From Nostoc sp. PCC 7120 = FACHB-418 (GTDB taxonomy: Bacteria; Cyanobacteriota; Cyanobacteriia; Cyanobacteriales; Nostocaceae), in the NCBI RefSeq assembly GCF_000009705.1, contig NC_003272.1, positions 4,380,001-4,412,000 on the forward strand: a DNA stretch of 32,000 nucleotides, read 5' to 3'. The translations under genes were made by a program, and so were the position numbers. How positions within the stretch are numbered: the stretch's first letter is position 1; each line of letters starts with the position of its first letter. The notes under the pieces are model-generated. The model was not told where the DNA came from, made no database searches, and saw only the letters and a list, made by a program, of their open reading frames with translations. Shown here in pieces: positions 1 through 7,088 of the stretch.

Positions 1-1498
1 CTGACAGTCTTTCCTGCATTACGCAGTCTACGACTAGCTGCTTCAGCTTCATCTAATGAAAGTTGCTCAGTCTCCAAACCTTGAGCATGAGTGCGAGTCA
101 GAAAAACTTCTTGGCTTTTCTCTTGGCGATAAACCAGCACCGTTGTAATATCTCTGGGGTCATATCTTAAATTAACTGTCTCCCCTGCATATCCTGCTAG
201 ATACTCCCCTCGATACATCACATTTTGAAACTGTAAGCATCCGCCTCTTTGTACTGTGCGCCGTGACTGTTTCATCAAGCAGATATCTAAATCACGTTCT
301 TCGATTGGCACTGGTACTGAAGGCAATCCCGCTTCCCAACGCCCAAAGCGGGTTTGATCGCCCATTCGCGCATCAATACTTTGGTTATAGCGGTCAACAA
401 TGTAGCGAACGAGTAATTGTTCTAGTTCCCGCAAGGTTAGTTTTGCATCCTTCTCTGCATCTTCAAGGCGTTCCTGTACATTAGATCCGGTATAACCTGG
501 AAGTGTTGAAAATAGTTGGTCATTCAGTGTCTTAAAAGGACGCTCAACAATACCACCTTCACTGGGGCGATCGCGTAAATGACAAACAAACCCCAATTGC
601 GCCCCGATTTGACTTAAATGGTTTGAACGAAAATCTTTACCCCCATCAGTATAAAAATGTTCTGGCTTACCGTAAGTTCCCCATTCGCAGTGCAGTTTGT
701 ACTCTGCACCATATTTTTTCGGCAAAATCGCATGGCGTAATGCTAAAGCTACTACAACTGAACTAGGCGCATCAAAGCCCAAATTAATACCCATGATGCA
801 ACGAGAATAAGTATCAATTACAGTTGTCAGCCAGGGACGACTTAAAAGTTCACCATGCTGATCTACCAGCAGTACATCTACACGAGTATGGTCACATTGC
901 CAAACATGGTTGCTGTAATCGACTGATAAATCTTGTCCCTCACGAGTTTTAACGGAAAGTGTTGTCCCCCTCCAACCAGGGCTGCGGATACTCTTAGTTT
1001 TTTCTTTTTGTTCCAAGATTGGAGCTAATACCCTTAAAACTGTCCTGTAATTAGGAGGCTTGGAATCGCCTAGTTCACGCGCTTTAGCTTGAACCCTCAA
1101 GGCAACTTGTTTGGGTGTCATGCGTTTACTACCCTTATTACCTTCCTTGTAAGTTTTGATGATGAAGTTTTCCCAAAACTCACCAATTCGATGTTTTCCT
1201 TTATCCGCCCTACCTGTCTGAATGAATCCAACTAAGCCATCCTCTTCCCATTTTTTCACCAAACGCTGCACCGTTCGCACTGTCACACCCAGTGTGTCCG
1301 CAGCCTCCTTCAACTTCTGCCCATAAGTTGTGCGATCGCAAGGCTCAAGTAAAGTTTGGATCACCTCTAGCTTGAGTTGGGCTTCCTCTGAGAGTTCTGT
1401 AACAATCAGATTCGTCTCAGGAGGTGAGGAGGTGTGTTGTTGTCTTGTAATAAAGCTTCCGCAGTATCCACTGCGGTATGAACAGTAAAATCAGACAT
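1..1498 (-). CDS. tnsB: Tn7-like DDE transposase TnsB of a type V-K (Cas12k-type) CRISPR-associated transposon. The 3' part runs off the left window edge, and there is an apparent frameshift within the first ~30 codons.
   Basis: The minus-strand frame is open from 1490 to the window edge. It is absent from the ORF track because it has no stop inside the window. My translation reads ...LSEEAQLKLEVIQTLLEPCDRTTYGQKLKEAADTLGVTVRTVQRLVKKWEEDGLVGFIQTGRADKGKHRIGEFWENFIIKTYKEGNKGSKRMTPKQVALRVQAKARELGDSKPPNYRTVLRVLAPILEQKEKTKSIRSPGWRGTTLSVKTREGQDLSVDYSNHVWQCDHTRVDVLLVDQHGELLSRPWLTTVIDTYSRCIMGINLGFDAPSS...EHFYTDGGKDFRSNHLSQIGA...RNAGKTV. Long stretches agree with ShCAST TnsB as I remember it. The ATG at 1496-1498 is in a different frame from the conserved body. 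Confidence 0.88.
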
Positions 1499-1533
1499 AA
1501 GATTTTTTGTTCATGAAACAAAGGTAATTTATA

Positions 1534-1548
1534 AATACATAATGTTAT
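1534..1548. promoter_or_regulatory. Palindromic operator-like site upstream of tnsB that fits the CvkR (MerR-type CAST repressor) motif AnnACATnATGTnnT
   Basis: The sequence aatacataatgttat contains the palindrome ACAT-a-ATGT, 36-50 nt upstream of the tnsB ATG. The motif definition is recalled from the published AnCAST CvkR work and was not checked here. Confidence 0.45.
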
Positions 1549-1564
1549 TCTAAACGTGGAGAAA

Positions 1565-1776
1565 ACGACAGTCAATTTGTCATTATGAAAATATACAAAA
1601 CCTTTTTTGTAATTACTGAAGCGACAGTTAATTTGTCATTTTTGCGGAAAACGACATTTATTTAGTCACGTATGAGAAATAATGTAATAACTCTTAAATA
1701 GCTAAAACCTTTGTATTGCAAGGATTCATTCGACGACATTAATTTGTCACGACGACAAACAATTAGTCACTGTACA
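1565..1776 (-). repeat. Array of five direct TnsB-binding-site-like repeats plus the terminal TGTACA
   Basis: The five sites are acgacagtcaatttgtcat (1565-1583), gcgacagttaatttgtcat (1621-1639), acgacatttatttagtcac (1651-1669), acgacattaatttgtcac (1733-1750) and acgacaaacaattagtcac (1752-1770). They are followed by tgtaca (1771-1776). Their reverse complements resemble the ShCAST GTGACAAATTA..TGTCGTCG repeats. Confidence 0.85.
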
Positions 1777-1848
1777 TCTTGTGTACAGTGACAAATAATT
1801 AGTCACTGTACATCTTGTGTACAGTGACAAATAATTAGTCACTGTACA
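1777..1848. repeat. Two tandem 36-bp units, each a 5-bp spacer (tcttg) plus a 31-bp mini inverted-repeat built from the transposon termini
   Basis: The layout is tcttg (1777-1781), tgtacagtgacaaataattagtcactgtaca (1782-1812), tcttg (1813-1817), then the identical 31-mer (1818-1848). Each 31-mer has 11-bp inverted termini, tgtacagtgac/gtcactgtaca. Confidence 0.9.
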
Positions 1849-2823
1849 TCAAAGTTGAATAAACCAAGCGCACAAAGAGGCAACTTGGTCAGGCTGAGTG
1901 AGGTTTGCTGCATTAGTAAGAATGCCAGAATTTAGTTGATGCCAAATTTCTTCTGCCATGCTTTTTTCTATAGCAGATCCCACAAAAAAAGTATATGGCT
2001 TAAGACTGTGCCGATCAAATGCTGTTCTGATTCTGGCTAAAGCACTGTTCGCTGTTTTCCAATGTTCGTCTGCTCCTGCTGGGTCAATACCGCCCTTTAA
2101 TTCACCTAGAGCTATGTAGATATTTGGGTTTGAAATTATATTCTTTTCAATTTCATTTTGTCTGCAATCAAACAAACAAATATCAATGTTTTTTCGCACA
2201 ATCGGAACATTTACATTATAAATGAAAGTCCTATTCCTACCCTCCAAGTTCCAACTTAATCCCCTAAGACGTAATTCAATGTCTGTATCATCATCAGGTT
2301 GATTAAGCCAAGTTTTGCTGTTTTTATCTAGCCATTTATAAGAGGTATTCGATAAAGTTAGTGCAGAAATAATATATCTTGCAAATTTACGTTCAGCAAG
2401 GATACCACCAACATTTCGCATTGATCCACCAAGTGTATCTCCACGCGTAAGCAGGAAACGGTAAACTAGTTCTTCTACAAAGTTTTCTCCAGCAGGCTCT
2501 AGGAAGTTTTGAATTAAACCTTCTATTGCATCGACTTTATCTTGTTCTTGAAGGTGTCCAGCAGCTTTATCTGATACCCCAGAGGCAGCTAGTAGAGTAG
2601 GTCTAATATCCCTCATTTGTAAAAGGTCTTGAGGCCTTTCAATTTGGCTTACTCGGATCTTTAATGCTCTTGCCTGCTCAACAAATGGTGTTGCTTTTCG
2701 ATTTCTTTCTAAAGCTAAAGCAACAAATCCTGCTCGGACTTCTTGATATGGAGTCACAAGATCATCATTGCTTTGAATATGATATTGATATGGCACTAGG
2801 GTTTTCTCCAAACATACACACAT
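1849..2823 (-). CDS. Type II restriction endonuclease, AvaI/BsoBI family (CYCGRG-type)
   Basis: The 324-aa length is close to BsoBI (323 aa). The motif LGELKGGIDPAGADEHWKTA and residues D214/E241/K243/H254 line up with BsoBI catalytic D212/E240/K242/H253 as I remember them. The gene overlaps the upstream methyltransferase gene by 28 nt. Confidence 0.8.
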   Translation of the reverse strand: MCVCLEKTLVPYQYHIQSNDDLVTPYQEVRAGFVALALERNRKATPFVEQARALKIRVSQIERPQDLLQMRDIRPTLLAASGVSDKAAGHLQEQDKVDAIEGLIQNFLEPAGENFVEELVYRFLLTRGDTLGGSMRNVGGILAERKFARYIISALTLSNTSYKWLDKNSKTWLNQPDDDTDIELRLRGLSWNLEGRNRTFIYNVNVPIVRKNIDICLFDCRQNEIEKNIISNPNIYIALGELKGGIDPAGADEHWKTANSALARIRTAFDRHSLKPYTFFVGSAIEKSMAEEIWHQLNSGILTNAANLTQPDQVASLCAWFIQL

Positions 2824-4265
2824 TTGCGAAGTGTCTTTCTTCCATGTGTCCCCATTTGTTGGCTACTGTTACCTTTGCCAGTAGGTAAGACAAGAATTTT
2901 CTCCACATTAAAACCAATTTCTTCTGCAATATTAGAAAGAATTAAATCAACCGAAATATCAATACCTGCATAGCGAACATTATCATTTACCATAAATAAA
3001 GGTGAGCCATTTTTTAAAACTCTAAAGCATTCTATAATAACGCAAGCCATTTCATAGAAATATCCTTTTATCATACGAGGAATACCGTTATTATTAAGTT
3101 TTTTTCTTTCAAGCTCTCGCTCAAGAAAGCGCAAGATACTTTGTAACAATTCTTGTTTATCAAGTATGCGTAATGCTTCCTGCCAATTGTGAATAAGAGA
3201 CTTTTCTTTGTTTTCAACAGTACAACTCAGCATATCTTGCCTAAGTTGTACTATATCTCTTTCTCCCACACCTAATAGAGCTAATTCTAGAGCGTATGTA
3301 CGTGTATAGTCATAACGATTACAATAGGGTGGAGAGGTAATGATACAGTCGTAAAAATCTTGCTCAAATTCAGGCAGAATTTTAAGACATGAAGCATTAA
3401 ATAAATTAATTCCACTTCTTTGAGTCCCATAACAAAATAATGTATTACTTATTAAGTCAAAGGAATCATTCAAAATTAATTTTATTTGCTCAGTAATTGC
3501 TTCATCGAAATCCAGAATTTTACCTTTATCAAATTTATCTGATCCACTTTTCCTAAATGCTCTTTTATCCCAACGTAGATACTGTCCATCTTTACGGGTA
3601 TAGCTGATAGATTCAAGAATACACAATAGAGCAAAACGGAGAACTTGTTTCACAAGAATATTCTCTTTTTCTATAGAAAATAAAAATCTCTCTATTGATG
3701 CTTCTGTTTCAGGAGGATAAGCTCCGTCAGTAATTCTTAAACGATTAAGATATTTTCTATTATTATGCTGATTCCAAGGTTTTTGTTTGTACCATTCAAT
3801 CAATCTCAAAAAATCTTCTCGACGGAATTGTCGCTGGATTATTTTCCTTACTTCAATAATCTCTTGACCAATAGGTAACACTTCTATACCATCTGCTTGA
3901 ATACCGGCATCACTACAGGCAAATAGCATTGTTCCTGCTCCTGCGAAGGGGTCAAGAATCCTCTCAAATGATTTTTTCTCGTACTCGAATATTAACTGAT
4001 TTACCAAATCAACTGAAAAAGCTTCTTTATATTTAAACCAGCGATACTGAGGTTTTGACTTATTAGCTTGAAAACTAACTATTTTTCGACTTAAACTTTC
4101 ATGCAATCGCATCTTATCTCTAAAACGTTGCTCAAGTGCTTTATTGAATCGAGAAATTTCTTGTACAAAGGAATCACTCTCTTGATCAAGATCAGTCGGG
4201 TCAGTCTTTATTTCTATTGGACTCTCAAGCTCAAATGAAGTCATTTTATATTTTTCTTGTAACAA
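2796..4265 (-). CDS. DNA methyltransferase (N4-cytosine/N6-adenine type), the likely cognate methylase of the AvaI/BsoBI-like enzyme
   Basis: The AdoMet motif I is DPFAGAGT and the catalytic motif IV is SPPY (ITSPPYCNRYDY). The I...IV order with a long intervening region is typical. It forms an operon with the endonuclease gene, and both are visibly more AT-rich than their neighbours. Confidence 0.82.
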   Translation of the reverse strand: MLQEKYKMTSFELESPIEIKTDPTDLDQESDSFVQEISRFNKALEQRFRDKMRLHESLSRKIVSFQANKSKPQYRWFKYKEAFSVDLVNQLIFEYEKKSFERILDPFAGAGTMLFACSDAGIQADGIEVLPIGQEIIEVRKIIQRQFRREDFLRLIEWYKQKPWNQHNNRKYLNRLRITDGAYPPETEASIERFLFSIEKENILVKQVLRFALLCILESISYTRKDGQYLRWDKRAFRKSGSDKFDKGKILDFDEAITEQIKLILNDSFDLISNTLFCYGTQRSGINLFNASCLKILPEFEQDFYDCIITSPPYCNRYDYTRTYALELALLGVGERDIVQLRQDMLSCTVENKEKSLIHNWQEALRILDKQELLQSILRFLERELERKKLNNNGIPRMIKGYFYEMACVIIECFRVLKNGSPLFMVNDNVRYAGIDISVDLILSNIAEEIGFNVEKILVLPTGKGNSSQQMGTHGRKTLRKCVYVWRKP

Positions 4266-4453
4266 AGAGGTAACTTAAGATTCTATCAGGACAAAGCACT
4301 ATCGTCTATCACTTAAGATTTGAACCCTATTTTTTATAGACTAATTGACAACAGTTAGAACCTGATTATACTTTGTTATACTTCTACAGTAATCAAGTTA
4401 AATATTGAATACATTCTTTCTATGATTTATTGTAAATAATAATATTATTTTCC

Positions 4454-5497
4454 CTAAAACTCAGTTTCGCAAAAAGCTTTCAATAAATTGATACAGTTGG
4501 AGATTGCACCCAAATGAGCAATTTCATAACCGTGGGTGTTTTGGGTAGGAAATGCCAAACACGCAGCACGTCCCACATGACCAAATTTCATCGCAATTGA
4601 AGCATCACTACCAAAGCCACTTAAGGTAGTTAGCTGCACAGACATATTCAATTGCTTCGCACATTGCCGCAGTTCTCCATTTAATCCCTCATCATATATC
4701 CCATAGGCATCCTGAACTAAAAGTACGGGATTTTCACTATCTTTAACAGGATATTCTTCAGATAGGGGACAAATTTCTAAAGCGATTAAGGCATCTAATT
4801 GCTGATTTTGGGTGAAAAATAATGCCCCAATTGCGCCTACTTCTTCTTTAGCCGATGCTACTAAATAAACATCAATTGCTGGCTGTTTTAATTGTTGAAC
4901 TAAAGCCAACAAAATCGCTACTGATGCTTTGTTATCTAATGTATAACTAGCAATGTGATCCTGTAGTCTCACGGGACGTTTGCGATGTTTGCCAATTACC
5001 ATTCTTGTCCCTGGACGAATCCCAGCAGCCTCTAATTCCTCGGTAGTGCGTTTGGTTTCAATCCAGGCGTTTTCCCATTTAACGGCTGTGTCTTCTTGTT
5101 GGACTTTCTGCGGTGATTCGTGGGAAACGTGGCGGGAACCAAAACTGAGAATACCGCTAATGGTTTCGTTGTCTCCTAATAAATCAACGACACCCTCACC
5201 ATAAACCCAAGGGTAAGCACCGCCAAGCTTGCGGACTTCCACTTTTCCTGCATCACCGATATTTTTGACGATCGCCCCTATTTCGTCTTTGTGGGCTGTA
5301 ATCGCTACTGCTATATCAGAGTTCTTCCCCGGAATCTTGGCTATGATATTATCGGCGCGATCGCTCCAAACTTCCACACCCAGCGCTGCAAATTTTTGTA
5401 ACAAAAGTTGATTAATTTCGGTTTCTGCACCACTAGGGGAATGGTGCATCACTAATTCTTCGATATTTTCAAATAATTCGTTGTAATTCCACATCAA
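4454..5497 (-). CDS. M42 family metallopeptidase (glutamyl aminopeptidase / FrvX-like)
   Basis: The 347-aa product has the N-terminal ...LVMHHSPSGAETE... motif and overall M42/M20-like motifs (AHKDEIG, LDNKASV, EEVG). Confidence 0.75.
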   Translation of the reverse strand: MMWNYNELFENIEELVMHHSPSGAETEINQLLLQKFAALGVEVWSDRADNIIAKIPGKNSDIAVAITAHKDEIGAIVKNIGDAGKVEVRKLGGAYPWVYGEGVVDLLGDNETISGILSFGSRHVSHESPQKVQQEDTAVKWENAWIETKRTTEELEAAGIRPGTRMVIGKHRKRPVRLQDHIASYTLDNKASVAILLALVQQLKQPAIDVYLVASAKEEVGAIGALFFTQNQQLDALIALEICPLSEEYPVKDSENPVLLVQDAYGIYDEGLNGELRQCAKQLNMSVQLTTLSGFGSDASIAMKFGHVGRAACLAFPTQNTHGYEIAHLGAISNCINLLKAFCETEF

Positions 5498-5604
5498 TGC
5501 TTTTATTTAATCTCTATATCAGCTATATCCCATTATATTCAATATATTGTCTGGACAAGCTATTTCAACTAGAACTGCATGGGTATTTTATGGTGTTTAT
5601 ATAC

Positions 5605-5640
5605 TTAAAAAATAGCGCTCATTCAAATAAATGAATGAGC
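5605..5640 (-). terminator. Rho-independent terminator downstream of the GDSL lipase gene
   Basis: A 9-bp stem (gctcattca 5617-5625 / tgaatgagc 5632-5640) has a 6-nt loop and is followed on the minus strand by a T-run (plus-strand aaaaaata, 5607-5614). Confidence 0.6.
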
Positions 5641-5663
5641 AAGAGACAGCTAATTATCTAGTA

Positions 5664-6722
5664 TTAACCTTTTTTCTGAACAGAAAATTTAATTGATTTT
5701 CTCTGTAAGCGTTTGATGTTGCTCATTGCACCCAATACACCTAGAAATAGTACACCAATTGTGGTTGAAGACTCAGGAGTTGTTGCCGCTAAGACTGATT
5801 CTGCTACTAATTTATGACCATCAGTTGTTGGGTGAACATCATCCCAGAAAAAATATTTACTGGGGTCGTTAATACAGTTAGGAAACTGAGATAGACAAGC
5901 ATCAGTTACATTTTCAAAACCAAATTCACTTGGAGTCGCAAGCACACGATTAACTAAAGAATAAATATCAATTTCAATGATATTTACTTGTTGGGTGTTC
6001 CGAATTTCGTCTAGATTTTTGGCTAAGTTTGAGTTGAAATCTAGAGTCGCTTGAGTCAGTGCTGCGGGATTGCGACCATTTGTTCCCGATGCTGGAATCC
6101 TGCCCAAATCGGGCAAGTTGAACACTAAAATATTTTTTGCACCTATTGCCGCTAGGTTACTTACAGCCTGGGAAATATTCGTGTAGGGTTGGGGTCTATT
6201 GGGATCATTAGACCGAGGGGGAAAGAGATAGTCATTTGCACCACCAGACACAGCATAGAGTGCATTAGGATCAAGGCTTTGTTGATTAACCTGTAGTAAC
6301 GCTTGAAAAGCAGATACTTGCTGTAAAACTCCAGGTAAAGGGAAACCAAAAGAGTTACCTTCACCGGAATTAGCACCACCGATAGCAAAGTTAATACCTT
6401 GTGTGGGAAAGGGTGTATTCAGAGGACGACTAAAGTTTAAATCAGGAACTAGATTAGTGATAGGCGTGGTTGTTAAACCTAACGTGTCTCCTACATAATC
6501 TACCCATATTGAACCATTAGAAAAACGCCCCGGCTCATACGGTGGACTGGGAGGAATAGCACTTGATGGATCAACTAACCCACCAGAAAGTTGAAATGTA
6601 TTACCTGTATCAGATATGCTATCGCCAAATACGTAAAGCCCAGTAAAATTTGCAGCCGAAGCTTTTAGCGGCGACATCAAGGAGAGTGTAATAAAACTTG
6701 CCGCGATGAATTTAGTTTTCAT
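5664..6722 (-). CDS. Secreted SGNH/GDSL lipase-acylhydrolase with a PEP-CTERM-like C-terminal sorting tail
   Basis: It has a signal peptide, the block I motif FGDSISDTGN, and a late DDVHPT block V. The C-terminus TPESSTTIGVLFLGVLGAMSNIKRLQRK resembles a PEP-CTERM motif plus TM helix plus basic cluster. Confidence 0.8.
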   Translation of the reverse strand: MKTKFIAASFITLSLMSPLKASAANFTGLYVFGDSISDTGNTFQLSGGLVDPSSAIPPSPPYEPGRFSNGSIWVDYVGDTLGLTTTPITNLVPDLNFSRPLNTPFPTQGINFAIGGANSGEGNSFGFPLPGVLQQVSAFQALLQVNQQSLDPNALYAVSGGANDYLFPPRSNDPNRPQPYTNISQAVSNLAAIGAKNILVFNLPDLGRIPASGTNGRNPAALTQATLDFNSNLAKNLDEIRNTQQVNIIEIDIYSLVNRVLATPSEFGFENVTDACLSQFPNCINDPSKYFFWDDVHPTTDGHKLVAESVLAATTPESSTTIGVLFLGVLGAMSNIKRLQRKSIKFSVQKKG

Positions 6723-7088
6723 TTTTAGTGAAATAATGAAATTTTATAGTTGAGCTTGTTTCATAAAGTTACAACCAACAATGCTGTTAACTAAGTGATT
6801 AATTTTTTCCACACCCTGTACAGCATTGCTAATCTTAGCTAAGTAACTTTACATAGCTAACCATAAGATATCAAGAAAAATTAGCTAAAAATATCAAGAT
6901 TTTAAGTGAATTTCCGTAATAAGATTAATTTGCAATGTAAGCAATGACCGACGGTCGGTCGCAGACCATCGCGTTTCCTAAGCTGCCCTTGCTTGAACTT
7001 GTAAATCTTTTCGTGTTGGCGGTTGGCAGTTAACCGTCAACTGTCAACAAACCATACAAGTAACTATGTAATTTAAAAGCGTCATAGC

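Larger units (their letters stand above)
1..1776 (-). mobile_element. tnsB-proximal end of a ShCAST-like (type V-K CAST) Tn7-family transposon. The rest of the element lies beyond the left window edge.
   Basis: tnsB reads outward-to-inward from a terminus that ends ...gtcactgtaca at 1776. On the element strand this reads TGTACAGTGAC..., like the ShCAST ends. Five direct ~19-bp TnsB-type repeats lie between tnsB and the terminus. Confidence 0.85.

Noticed and set aside
263-484. 73-aa plus-strand ORF from the track
   Set aside because: It lies antisense inside the strongly conserved tnsB reading frame and has no recognisable features. It is a shadow ORF.
1761-1848. A 36-bp periodic repeat next to a CAST could be read as a small CRISPR array
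   Set aside because: There are no unique spacers. The units are perfectly tandem and consist of the transposon terminal inverted repeats plus a 5-bp spacer, so this is an end-derived repeat and not a CRISPR array.
1849-4453. Search for a tRNA gene as the CAST attachment site
   Set aside because: I found no T-arm/acceptor-like tRNA signature (for example GGTTCGAATCC-type) in this interval or elsewhere in the window.
6161-6388. 75-aa minus-strand ORF nested in the GDSL lipase gene
   Set aside because: It is an alternative frame of a well-supported gene with a low-complexity translation. It is spurious.
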